A program made the position numbers and the translations under genes. This document shows, one piece after another, positions 20,496 through 29,829 of a stretch of 64,000 bases of DNA (within the stretch, counting starts at the first letter, position 1; each line of letters starts with the position of its first letter). The DNA comes from Gemmatimonadota bacterium (GTDB taxonomy: Bacteria > Gemmatimonadota > Gemmatimonadetes > Gemmatimonadales > GWC2-71-9): positions 32,001 through 96,000 of the forward strand of contig JAZDCY010000015.1 of assembly GCA_036679645.1 (NCBI GenBank). The letters run 5' to 3'. Under the pieces are notes generated by a model that ran no database searches, had not been told where the DNA came from, and saw only the letters and a list, made by a program, of their open reading frames with translations.

Positions 20496-23177
20496 ATGAG
20501 CGAAATCACCGAGCGTCTTTCCTCAGCGATCGCCGATCGATACAAGATCGAGTCCCACCTCGGCCAGGGCGGGATGGCGACCGTCTATCTCGCCGAGGAC
20601 ATCCGCCACAAGCGGAAGGTCGCGCTCAAGGTGTTGCGACCGGAGCTGGCCGCCGTGATCGGTGCCGAGCGTTTCTTGAAAGAGATCACCGTCACTGCCA
20701 ACCTGCAGCACCCCAACATCCTCGCGCTCTACGATTCTGGCGAGGCCGACACCTTCCTCTTTTATGTGATGCCGTTCGTGGAAGGTGATACGCTGCGTGA
20801 TAAGCTCGACCGCGAGAAGCAATTGGCAATTGACGAAGCGGTGGATATCACGAAGGCAGTCGCGTCGGCGCTCGATTACGCGCACCGGCACGATGTCATT
20901 CATCGCGACATCAAGCCCGAGAACATTCTGCTCCACGACGGGCAGGCGCTCGTGGCGGATTTTGGGATTGCGCTCGCCGTGAGCGAAGCCGGCGGCAGCC
21001 GGTTGACCGAGACGGGTCTCTCCCTCGGCACGCCGCACTACATGAGTCCCGAGCAGGCGATGGGCGACCGCGAGATCGACGCGCGCAGCGACGTCTACTC
21101 GTTGGGCGCCATGCTGTACGAGATGCTGGCGGGTGAGCCGCCGTACACAGGGACGACGGCGCAGGCGATCGTGGCGCGCGTGATCACGGAAGATCCGCGC
21201 CTAGTGACGCTCCAACGCCCGACCGTGCCTGGCCACGTTGCGGCGACCGTGCACAAAGCGTTGAACAAGTTGCCGGCCGACCGCTTCGCGACCGCAGCCC
21301 AGTTCGCGGAGGCGTTGACCAATCCAGCGTTCACGGTGCCGGCGACCGCAGCGGTGCCGGTGGTGGGTGGTGGACGGTCCGGTGTGCGGCGATTCGTGTG
21401 GCCCGCCGTTGCCGCGATTGCCGTGGCCGCGGCACTGTTCGGCTGGCTCCGGCCAGGCGCCGAGCCACCTCCCGTCATGCGCCAGGGCATCGTGTTGGGC
21501 TCGGTCGGGGCGGCTCCGTTCAGTGTGCTCAGCGGCACCGCGATCGCCCCAGACGGCTCCGCCATCGTCTTCATCGATTCGTCCGGGAGCGGGCCACAGC
21601 TCTGGATCAAGGAGCGCGACCAGCGGGATCCGGCACCCATCCCCGGTGCGGTCGGCGTGACCGGGGGGATCACATTCTCGCCGGACGGTGAGTGGATTGC
21701 ATACTCCGCCGGCGTGCAGCTCAAGAAGATCCCCCGGAGCGGTGGTGCGCCGGTGACGCTCTCGGACTCGGCCGGTGGTCCACGGCCCGCGTGGCTCGAT
21801 GACGGCACGATCGTATTCGCGAGCACAGGCGGGGCGAGACTGTTCCGGGTGAGCAGTGATGGGGGAGGTGAGGAGCGCCTCCTGGCACTGCAGGACGTCG
21901 GGCGTGCGTTTGCCAACGTCACCCCGCTCCCCGGCCGGAGGGCCGTGCTCATCACGGCCGTCGCGCTATCGTTTGTCGCAAGCGATCTGATGGTGCTCGA
22001 CCTCGAGAGTCATGAACTCGAGACGCTGGTCGCCGGTGCGGGATGGGGTGCATACGCCCCGACGGGTCACCTCGTTTACGCGCTCCGCAACGGAGGCCTC
22101 TGGGCCGCCCCCTTCGATCTCGACGGATTCTCGGTCGGGGAGGCGGTCCCGCTCGAGGCGGGGGTGCGCACGATCTTGGGGTTGGCCGAGGCCACGCTGG
22201 GAGCGGACGGCACTCTGCTCTACGTGCGAGGGCAGGCGACCGTCACTCCTGGCCGGATCGTGTGGGTGGATCGGGACGGCGGCGCGAGCGAGGTCGATCC
22301 CGATTTCGCCTTTGCCGGAGTGCCCTTGAACGGTGGAATGCGCCTCTCGCCTGACGGAGGACGTCTGGCGCTGACCCTTCCGGGTGAAGGTGCCGCGGCC
22401 GTGACCGGTGACGTCTACGTCAAGCGGCTCCCGACCGGTCCGGCCGCCAGGGTCACGTTCGAGGGGGCGTCGAATCGGCGCCCGTCGTGGTCACCCGACG
22501 GAACACGGCTCACGATCATCTCGAATCGCGATGGCGCGGGGGACGACGTGTGGATGAAGCGTGCCGACGGCGGCGGCTCGGCGACGCTGCTGGTCGATCG
22601 CGAGCGACAGATCTTCGAGGCGGAATGGTCGCAAGACGGTCAGTGGCTGGTGTACCGCACCGACGACGATCAGGGGGGCGAAGGCCGCGGCGACATCCTC
22701 GCTGTCCGCACGGACGGCGACACCACACCGGTCCCGCTCGTGGCGACTCCTGCGGAAGAAACCGGACCGGCGGTTTCGTGGGATAGCCGGTGGCTGGCCT
22801 ACGCATCCGACGAGACCGGGCGCAAGGAGATCTACGTGCGGCCGTTTCCGAATACGGACGACGGCAAGTGGCTGGTCTCGACCAACGGGGGGAGCGAGGT
22901 GGCGTGGGCCCGGTCCGGGCGGGAGCTGTTCTACCGCGATGGCGTCGGTAACATGGTCGTGGCAACGGTCTCGGCGCAACAGAACTCGTTCGAGGTACTC
23001 GACCGCCGCATTCTCTTCGACGCGACCCCTTACCTCGGGCAAGACGACCACCGGTTATATGACGTTTCCGCAGACGGTGAGCGGTTCGTCATGATCAGCC
23101 TTGGCGCGGCGGCGGTGGCGGGAGACCTTATCATGGTGTCGAATTTTCATGAGGTGTTGAGGGGGATCGGCAGGTGA
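20496..23177 (+). CDS. K3: Ser/Thr kinase - TM - TolB/PD40 beta-propeller receptor
   Basis: MSEITERL start after GGGAG; intact kinase motifs; TM FVWPAVAAIAVAAALFGWL; SPDG repeats. Confidence 0.93.
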   Translation: MSEITERLSSAIADRYKIESHLGQGGMATVYLAEDIRHKRKVALKVLRPELAAVIGAERFLKEITVTANLQHPNILALYDSGEADTFLFYVMPFVEGDTLRDKLDREKQLAIDEAVDITKAVASALDYAHRHDVIHRDIKPENILLHDGQALVADFGIALAVSEAGGSRLTETGLSLGTPHYMSPEQAMGDREIDARSDVYSLGAMLYEMLAGEPPYTGTTAQAIVARVITEDPRLVTLQRPTVPGHVAATVHKALNKLPADRFATAAQFAEALTNPAFTVPATAAVPVVGGGRSGVRRFVWPAVAAIAVAAALFGWLRPGAEPPPVMRQGIVLGSVGAAPFSVLSGTAIAPDGSAIVFIDSSGSGPQLWIKERDQRDPAPIPGAVGVTGGITFSPDGEWIAYSAGVQLKKIPRSGGAPVTLSDSAGGPRPAWLDDGTIVFASTGGARLFRVSSDGGGEERLLALQDVGRAFANVTPLPGRRAVLITAVALSFVASDLMVLDLESHELETLVAGAGWGAYAPTGHLVYALRNGGLWAAPFDLDGFSVGEAVPLEAGVRTILGLAEATLGADGTLLYVRGQATVTPGRIVWVDRDGGASEVDPDFAFAGVPLNGGMRLSPDGGRLALTLPGEGAAAVTGDVYVKRLPTGPAARVTFEGASNRRPSWSPDGTRLTIISNRDGAGDDVWMKRADGGGSATLLVDRERQIFEAEWSQDGQWLVYRTDDDQGGEGRGDILAVRTDGDTTPVPLVATPAEETGPAVSWDSRWLAYASDETGRKEIYVRPFPNTDDGKWLVSTNGGSEVAWARSGRELFYRDGVGNMVVATVSAQQNSFEVLDRRILFDATPYLGQDDHRLYDVSADGERFVMISLGAAAVAGDLIMVSNFHEVLRGIGR

Positions 23178-23214
23178 GTCGATTGGCGATGGACGGAGGG
23201 AAGGTGATCGCGGC

Positions 23215-23361
23215 GGTTCCCACGCTGAAGCGCGGACTCGGCGCTGCGCGGACCGTCCTGAAGGACGGTCGAGGTACACGCCCTTCAGGGCGTGTCGCGG
23301 CCCTGTGGGCCGCGCCGAGCCGGGGCTTCAGCCCCGGAATACCGGGTACGGACGGAAGCTC
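23215..23361 (+). repeat. Multi-hairpin REP-like element, kinase leader class A, copy 2
   Basis: Same length as 17600-17746 and differs by only a few substitutions. Confidence 0.85.
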
Positions 23362-26007
23362 ATGAACGAGATAACGCAGCGCCTTTCGTCGGCGATCGCC
23401 GATCGCTACAAGATCGAGCGCCACCTCGGCCAGGGTGGCATGGCCACGGTCTATCTCGCCCACGACGTCAAACACGACCGCAAGGTCGCGCTCAAGGTGT
23501 TGCGCCCAGAACTCGCGGCCGTGATCGGCGCCGAGCGATTCCTGCAGGAGATCAAGGTCACGGCGAATCTGCAGCACCCTAACATCCTTGCACTATACGA
23601 CTCCGGTGAAGCCGACACGTTTCTCTATTACGTGATGCCGTTCGTGGAAGGCGACACGCTGCGCGACAAGCTCGATCGTGAAAAGCAGCTCAGTGTCGAG
23701 GACTCGGTCGAACTCACGCGGAGCGTTGCCGCTGCACTCGATTACGCGCATCGCCAGCAGATCATCCACCGCGATATCAAGCCCGAAAACATCCTGCTGC
23801 ACGACGGCCAGGCGTTGGTGGCGGACTTTGGCATTGCGCTGGCGGTTAGCGCGGCAAGCGGGAACCGGCTCACGGAAACCGGGCTGAGCATTGGGACGCC
23901 ACACTACATGAGTCCCGAGCAAGCGATGGGCGACCGTGAGCTGGACGCGCGTAGCGATGTCTACTCTCTCGGGGCGATGATGTACGAGATGCTCGCGGGT
24001 GATCCGCCATACACCGGCAGCACCGCACAGGCGATCGTGGCAAAGGTGATTACGGAGAAGGCGCCGCCCGTCACTGCGGTGCGGGATACGGTGCCGGATC
24101 ATATAGCTGCGGCGATTCAGAAGGCGCTCAGCAAGTTGCCCGCGGATCGGTTTCACTCCGCCGCGGAGTTTGCCGAGGCGGTCGCAAAACCTGGCCTCTC
24201 GATCGCCACGACCGCGGCGGCCCCGCTCGCTGCGGTTCCTTCTCGCACGATTTCGTTCCGGCTTCCTCCCGCCGCAGTCGCGATTCCCTGGGTGCTATTT
24301 CTTGCCGCGCTGGGCTTCGGCGTGTGGAGCATTGTGCGTTCCGCCCCACCCCCGGCGATCGCCCGATTCAATGTTGGCTTGCCGCCGGATACGGGCCTGG
24401 CGACAACCAACGGCGGCACGCTCGCCATTTCTCCTGACGGGGGTGCCATTGTGTACGTGGGGCCAAGCCGTCGCCTCTACGTGCGCACGGTGTCGCAGTT
24501 CGGCGTGCGGCCCTTGCCGGGGACGGAGGGCGCGCATACGCCGTTCTTCTCCTACGATGGTGCGTGGGTCGGATTCTATGAGTCCCCGGATCTGAAGAAG
24601 GTTGCCCTGGCCGGAGGGCCGCCGCTCACCATCGCGAACGCCCCTACCCTCCGCGGCGCCAGCTGGGGCGATGACGGGCGCATCGTCTACTCTCCCAGTC
24701 TCTCGACGGGCTTGCTAGCGGTTGCGGCCGCGGGGGGGACAGTCGATACCGTGACCAGGCTCGATGCTGGCCGTGGCGAAGTGTCGCACCGGTGGCCGGA
24801 TGTCCTGCCTGGCAGCCGCGCGGCGCTCTTCACGGTGTGGTACGGCAGTCTCGAGGGGGCGGAGATCGCGGTCGCCGACCTGGAAACCGGTGAGGTCCGG
24901 CGGCTGTTCGGAGGAACCTACGCCCGGTACGTCCGTACCGGGCACATCGTGCACAGCACCGCAGAGGGAGCACTCCTGGCCATCCCATTCGATGTCGACC
25001 GGCTCGAGGTAACGGGGAACCCCGTGGCTCTGAGCGAAGGACTGGTTGTGAAGCCGGCGGGGGTGGGAGAGTTCGCCGTCTCATCTGGTGGGACCTTGGT
25101 GTACCTCGAGGGAGAGGCCGCGGAGTTGAGCCTGGTGAGTGTTGACCGGACTGGTGGACAGCACGTGTTGGCCGAGAAGCTCTTTGCGGCCTTCGCTCCG
25201 CGTACGTCACCGGACGGGCGCCGAGTCGCTTTGCGCATATCCGCCGACGGCAATCAGGACATCTGGGTCCATGAACTGGAGCAGGCCACGATGTCGCGCC
25301 TGACGTTCGAGGGGAACAACGATTATCCTGCGTGGTCGCCGGATGGCGAGTACATCTACTTCGGCAGCGCGCGCGGTGATTCGAGCGCCCGGGATATCTA
25401 CCGGCGGCGTGCCGACGGCAGCGGCGCGGCCGAGCACTTCGTTTCGCGTCCCGGGGCGCAATGGGAAATCGAGATCGCCCCGAACGGTCATGTGGGGATA
25501 CTGCGGGAGGTCAGTGAGGTGACCGGGCGTGACCTCATGGTAGTGCAGATGGATGGTGCGGACGTCACCCCCTATCTCGTCACCAACTTCCAGGAGCGGG
25601 CGGCCGCCATCTCGCCCGACGGCCGCTGGCTGGCGTACGTGTCCGATGAATCGGGGCAAGACGAAGTGTATGTGCGCGCGTTTCCGGAGCCGTCGGGTCG
25701 TTGGCAGATCTCGGCGGACGGTGGGGCGGAACCGCTCTGGGCGACCGCTGGCGGATCGATCTTCTATCGACACGACGACGAACTCGTCGAGGCACAGGTG
25801 CGGAGCGACGAAAACTCCTTTGCCGTCGGGACCCGACAGACGCTGTTTGCTGGGCCATTCACGACCAACGGGAACCGCACCAACTATGATCTCAACCGAC
25901 GCACGGGCGAATTCGTGATGATCAGGTCGGCCGAACGCTCGTCGACTGAACTCGTCGTGGTACTCAATTGGTTCGAGGAGCTGCGTGCCATGGTGGGCGG
26001 TGGCTGA
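23362..26007 (+). CDS. K4: Ser/Thr kinase - TM - TolB/PD40 beta-propeller receptor
   Basis: MNEITQRL start; intact kinase motifs; TM IPWVLFLAALGFGVWSIV; SPDG repeats. Confidence 0.93.
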   Translation: MNEITQRLSSAIADRYKIERHLGQGGMATVYLAHDVKHDRKVALKVLRPELAAVIGAERFLQEIKVTANLQHPNILALYDSGEADTFLYYVMPFVEGDTLRDKLDREKQLSVEDSVELTRSVAAALDYAHRQQIIHRDIKPENILLHDGQALVADFGIALAVSAASGNRLTETGLSIGTPHYMSPEQAMGDRELDARSDVYSLGAMMYEMLAGDPPYTGSTAQAIVAKVITEKAPPVTAVRDTVPDHIAAAIQKALSKLPADRFHSAAEFAEAVAKPGLSIATTAAAPLAAVPSRTISFRLPPAAVAIPWVLFLAALGFGVWSIVRSAPPPAIARFNVGLPPDTGLATTNGGTLAISPDGGAIVYVGPSRRLYVRTVSQFGVRPLPGTEGAHTPFFSYDGAWVGFYESPDLKKVALAGGPPLTIANAPTLRGASWGDDGRIVYSPSLSTGLLAVAAAGGTVDTVTRLDAGRGEVSHRWPDVLPGSRAALFTVWYGSLEGAEIAVADLETGEVRRLFGGTYARYVRTGHIVHSTAEGALLAIPFDVDRLEVTGNPVALSEGLVVKPAGVGEFAVSSGGTLVYLEGEAAELSLVSVDRTGGQHVLAEKLFAAFAPRTSPDGRRVALRISADGNQDIWVHELEQATMSRLTFEGNNDYPAWSPDGEYIYFGSARGDSSARDIYRRRADGSGAAEHFVSRPGAQWEIEIAPNGHVGILREVSEVTGRDLMVVQMDGADVTPYLVTNFQERAAAISPDGRWLAYVSDESGQDEVYVRAFPEPSGRWQISADGGAEPLWATAGGSIFYRHDDELVEAQVRSDENSFAVGTRQTLFAGPFTTNGNRTNYDLNRRTGEFVMIRSAERSSTELVVVLNWFEELRAMVGGG

Positions 26008-28700
26008 TGAGCGAGATCACTGAACGCCTATCTACCGCGATCGCCGATCGATACAAGATCGAACGTCACTTGGGTCAAGGCGGCATGGCGACCGTCTATC
26101 TTGCCCACGACGTAAAACACGACCGGCAGGTCGCGCTCAAGGTGCTGCGGCCGGAACTGGCCGCCGTCATCGGCGCCGAGCGTTTCCTGCAGGAGATCAA
26201 GACCACTGCCAACCTGCAGCATCCGCACATACTCGGCCTGCACGATTCGGGCGAAGCCGACGGGCTCGTGTTCTACGTCATGCCGTATGTGGAAGGCGAG
26301 ACGCTGCGTGACCGCATGGACCGCGAGCGGCAACTTCCCGTTGGCGAGGCGGTGCGCATTGCACGCGAAGTGGCGGACGCGCTCGAGTACGCGCACGGCC
26401 GTGGTGTGATCCATCGCGACATCAAACCCGAGAACATCCTGTTGCACGGCGGACATGCTCAGGTGGTGGATTTCGGCATCGCGCTGGCGGTGAGTCGCAG
26501 TGAAGGTGGGACACGTCTCACCGAGACGGGCATGTCACTAGGGACGCCGCACTACATGAGTCCCGAGCAGGCGATGGGCGAGCGCGAGATCACGGCAAAG
26601 AGTGACGTCTACGCTCTTGGATGCGTGCTCTACGAAATGCTCACGGGAGAACCGCCCTTCGCGGGTCCCACGGCCCAAGCAATCATCGCGCGGGTGCTCA
26701 CCGAACAGCCGCGCTCGCTCACGGTGCAGCGGAGCACGATCCCGCCGCACGTGGACGCGGCCGTGAGTACGGCACTCGCCAAGCTGCCGGCGGATCGGTT
26801 CGCGAGTGCGGCGCAATTCGCGGAGGCCCTGGGGGATCCCACGTTCGCCACGGCGGCAGCGGCAGCGACCGCGGCGCGCGCCGAAGCAGCGGAGCCGACG
26901 GACCGCCGACGCAGTCGCCGGTCTGTGCTCACGCTCGGGCTTGCCGCAGTCGCGCTTGCGAGCACGTCCCTCGCCGGGTGGGGTTGGCTGAGCGTACGCA
27001 GCGCGTCGCGCCGGCCTACGACGTGGCAGTACACCTCGCTGAGCAACTCGGTCGATCTCATCACGTCGACGCCGTCCCTGGCACTGTCCCCGGATGGCAC
27101 GCTGCTGTTCCGGGAAGACGGCCAGGAGGGGCGGTTGTGGATCAAGCGGCGTGGCGAGCTGGATGCAACACCCGTTCCCGGAACCGAACGCTCTCAGAAC
27201 CCGGTGTTCTCTCCAGACGGTGAGTGGATCGCGTTCGTCGCCGACGGCCGCCTGAAGAAGATCCGGACCAGCGGCGGGGCAAGCGTCACGATCGCCGACT
27301 CGGTGACCGGCGGATTCGGTGGGGCGGCGTGGCTGGACGACGGCTCGTTGGTGTACGTGGGGAACACCTTGCAGAAGTTGTGGCGTGTGAGCGCTGCCGG
27401 TGGCTCGAGTCGGGTGGTCCTGCGTGACGCGTCACTTATCGGTGGTGGGATTGGGATGCCGGTTCCTCTGCCCGACGCGCGGGGCGTGCTGTTTCAGTAT
27501 TGCTCGTCCGGCTGTGTCACCATGAGCATCCACGTATTGGATTTGCGCACGGAAACACAAAAGACGCTGCTCGATGACGTCGCGCAGGCGTGGGTGCTTC
27601 CAAACGGGCGCCTCATGTACGTCCGGCGCGATGGCGTAGCCGTGGCCGCGCCGTTCGATCTCGAAACCCTCGAGATTACGGGAGAAGCCGTGCCGGTGCT
27701 CGAGGACATCGAGGTTCGGGCCTTCAACGGGTTTGCCTTACTCGCGTGGTCCGAATCGGGTTCGTTGATCTACGTGCAGGGATCCGGTAGCACGACGGCC
27801 AACGTGGCCATCCGCGTGGACCGCGATGGGGAAGTCACCGCCATCGACACCGCATGGTCCGGCGCCTTCAACTCGCTCGACCTCTCGCCGGACGGCCGCC
27901 AGTTGGCGGTGGGCGTAGGCGCCGGCGCGGGGATCAATATCTGGGTAAAACAACTCGATGACGGCCCGTTCACACGACTTACGTTCGGCAACCAGGACCG
28001 ACGGCCCGCGTGGTCACCCGACGGACGTCTCGTGGCCTTCGTGCGCGACGATGGCAGCACCAACGCAATCTTTGCCCGCCCCGTAGACGGCAGCGGTCCC
28101 GACCGGGAGATCGCCCGCATCGATCGACAGGTGCAGGAGGCCGCGTGGTCTCCTGACGGCGAGTGGATCGTTCTGCGCACGGATAACGGGACGGAAGGTG
28201 CGGGGGACCTCGTGGGCGTACGCCTGACCGGTGACTCGGTAGGAGTCCCGTTGGTCGCGAGCCCATTCAGTGAGCTGCACCCAACCATCTCGCCCGATGG
28301 GCGTTGGCTGGCCTACACGTCGAACGAATCCGGTCGGAGCGAGGTGTACGTGCGACCCTTTCCCAACACGAACGACGTACGCTGGCAGATCTCGAACGGG
28401 GGAGGTACACAACCGGTGTGGGCACAGAACGGTCGCGAGCTGTTCTATATCGATCCCGCCGGGATGGTGGTTGCTGCCCGTGTTGAGGTGACGTCCACGT
28501 TTACCATCGCCGGTCTCACGACGTTGTTCGACGCGTCGGAGTTCGCATTGGATGCCTTCCATCAATCATATGACGTCACTCCGGACGGGAGCGCCTTCGT
28601 GTTCCTCAGTCCACGGCGGTTGGCGGTCGGAGGGCAAGCATTGCGGATCGTCTGGGTGGATCACTGGTTCACGGATCTCGAAGAGCGTCTCGCGCAGTGA
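26007..28700 (+). CDS. K5: Ser/Thr kinase - TM - TolB/PD40 beta-propeller receptor
   Basis: TGATG overlap with the K4 stop; intact kinase motifs; TM VLTLGLAAVALASTSLAGWGWL. Confidence 0.93.
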   Translation: MSEITERLSTAIADRYKIERHLGQGGMATVYLAHDVKHDRQVALKVLRPELAAVIGAERFLQEIKTTANLQHPHILGLHDSGEADGLVFYVMPYVEGETLRDRMDRERQLPVGEAVRIAREVADALEYAHGRGVIHRDIKPENILLHGGHAQVVDFGIALAVSRSEGGTRLTETGMSLGTPHYMSPEQAMGEREITAKSDVYALGCVLYEMLTGEPPFAGPTAQAIIARVLTEQPRSLTVQRSTIPPHVDAAVSTALAKLPADRFASAAQFAEALGDPTFATAAAAATAARAEAAEPTDRRRSRRSVLTLGLAAVALASTSLAGWGWLSVRSASRRPTTWQYTSLSNSVDLITSTPSLALSPDGTLLFREDGQEGRLWIKRRGELDATPVPGTERSQNPVFSPDGEWIAFVADGRLKKIRTSGGASVTIADSVTGGFGGAAWLDDGSLVYVGNTLQKLWRVSAAGGSSRVVLRDASLIGGGIGMPVPLPDARGVLFQYCSSGCVTMSIHVLDLRTETQKTLLDDVAQAWVLPNGRLMYVRRDGVAVAAPFDLETLEITGEAVPVLEDIEVRAFNGFALLAWSESGSLIYVQGSGSTTANVAIRVDRDGEVTAIDTAWSGAFNSLDLSPDGRQLAVGVGAGAGINIWVKQLDDGPFTRLTFGNQDRRPAWSPDGRLVAFVRDDGSTNAIFARPVDGSGPDREIARIDRQVQEAAWSPDGEWIVLRTDNGTEGAGDLVGVRLTGDSVGVPLVASPFSELHPTISPDGRWLAYTSNESGRSEVYVRPFPNTNDVRWQISNGGGTQPVWAQNGRELFYIDPAGMVVAARVEVTSTFTIAGLTTLFDASEFALDAFHQSYDVTPDGSAFVFLSPRRLAVGGQALRIVWVDHWFTDLEERLAQ

Positions 28701-28751
28701 TCGGGCGACACCGAGCCGAGATCGGGGGAGGAACCGCGACGATGGCTTGTT

Positions 28752-28781
28752 CTGACACCATGATGGCATTATCATGATGTC
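28752..28781 (+). promoter_or_regulatory. Probable autoregulatory operator of TA1
   Basis: tgacaccatgatggcattatcatgatgtca: repeated CATGATG and flanking TGACA...TGTCA directly before the antitoxin ATG. Confidence 0.5.
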
Positions 28782-29033
28782 ATGGTTAGAACTCAGATTC
28801 AGCTGACCGAGAGCCAGCACCGAGCCCTGAAGCATTGGGCCAACCGCCTGGGCATCTCGCTCGCCGAGGCCGTGCGGCGTTGCGTGGCGGAGCGGCTGGA
28901 GCGCGACGATACCTCCCTTGGCCGGGCCGCTCGGGTGCGCGAGGCGGAGGTCGTCATTGGGAAGTACGCTTCCGGCCGTTCGGACGTGGCCACGCATCAC
29001 GACGACTACCTGGCCGACGCGTTCTCCAGTTGA
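28782..29033 (+). CDS. TA1 antitoxin, CopG/ribbon-helix-helix type
   Basis: MVRTQIQLTESQHRALK...ISLAEAVRRCV, C-terminal SGRSDVATHHDDYL; overlaps the PIN gene. Confidence 0.85.
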   Translation: MVRTQIQLTESQHRALKHWANRLGISLAEAVRRCVAERLERDDTSLGRAARVREAEVVIGKYASGRSDVATHHDDYLADAFSS

Positions 29034-29431
29034 GCGTCTTCGTCGATACGTCGGCGCTGTATGCGTTGCTGGACCGGGACGATGCTGGCCACGGTCGTAT
29101 GGCAGAGGCCTGGGCCAAGTTGCTCTCGGGCCCCCGCCCGCTCATCACCAGCAATTACATACTGCTGGAGACCGCCGCGCTACTCCAGCGTCGGCTAGGC
29201 CTCGGCGCCGTGCATGATCTGGACGACTACCTGATGCCGCTGCTCCGGGTTTGGTGGATCACGGAGTCGACGCATCGTCGCGCCATGCGGCGCCTGCGGC
29301 GCCTGGACCGGCGCGGTGTGAGCCTCGTGGATTGCAGCAGCTTCGAGGTGATGGAAGCTGAGGCGATCCGGGACGCGCTCGCCCTCGACGAAGACTTCGC
29401 GGCGGAGGGATTCCGTCTGCTGCCAGCGTAG
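29030..29431 (+). CDS. vapC: TA1 toxin, PIN domain (VapC)
   Basis: TTG start; VFVDTSALYALLDRDD, ILLET, SLVDCSSF, LDEDF acidic residues. Confidence 0.88.
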   Translation: MSVFVDTSALYALLDRDDAGHGRMAEAWAKLLSGPRPLITSNYILLETAALLQRRLGLGAVHDLDDYLMPLLRVWWITESTHRRAMRRLRRLDRRGVSLVDCSSFEVMEAEAIRDALALDEDFAAEGFRLLPA

Positions 29432-29482
29432 GCGGGGAAGCTCGCGCGAACCCCACATCACTTCGCTGAATGGATTCGTGAT

Positions 29483-29629
29483 ATGAGCGGAATAACGGAA
29501 CGCCTCGAGCACGGCCGCAAGGTCGCCCTCAAAGTCTTACGCCCAGAATCGGCCGCAGTCTTGGGCGCCGAGCGCGTGCAAAGGAGAGCTGTGGATCTGC
29601 TGCTCGAGGACCGCGGGGAAGGACGATGA
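29483..29629 (+). pseudogene. Chimeric relic: deleted kinase 5' end fused in frame to an antitoxin 3' end
   Basis: MSGITERL|EHGRKVALKVLRPESAAVLGAERVQR|RAVDLLLEDRGEGR*; the tail matches TA4 antitoxin SAVDLLLEDRSDGR. Confidence 0.8.
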
Positions 29630-29829
29630 AGTTCTGGGACACTTCGGCGATCCTGCCCCTCTTGGTGGACGAACCGCAGACGAAGGCCATGGTCGGGCTC
29701 ATGGGGGACGATCCCGCGGCGGCCGTGGTGTTGGCGGACTTTGAACCCCGAACGTTGCCCCTCGTTACACTGGATGACCGGCTGGCCGCCGCCGCGCGGC
29801 GAGAAGGCTTCGAGGTGCTCGGCACATGA
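29626..29829 (+). pseudogene. Internally deleted copy of the TA4 PIN toxin
   Basis: Both ends match 50730-51155; 222 nt are missing between two AAAV-coding repeats. Confidence 0.85.
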
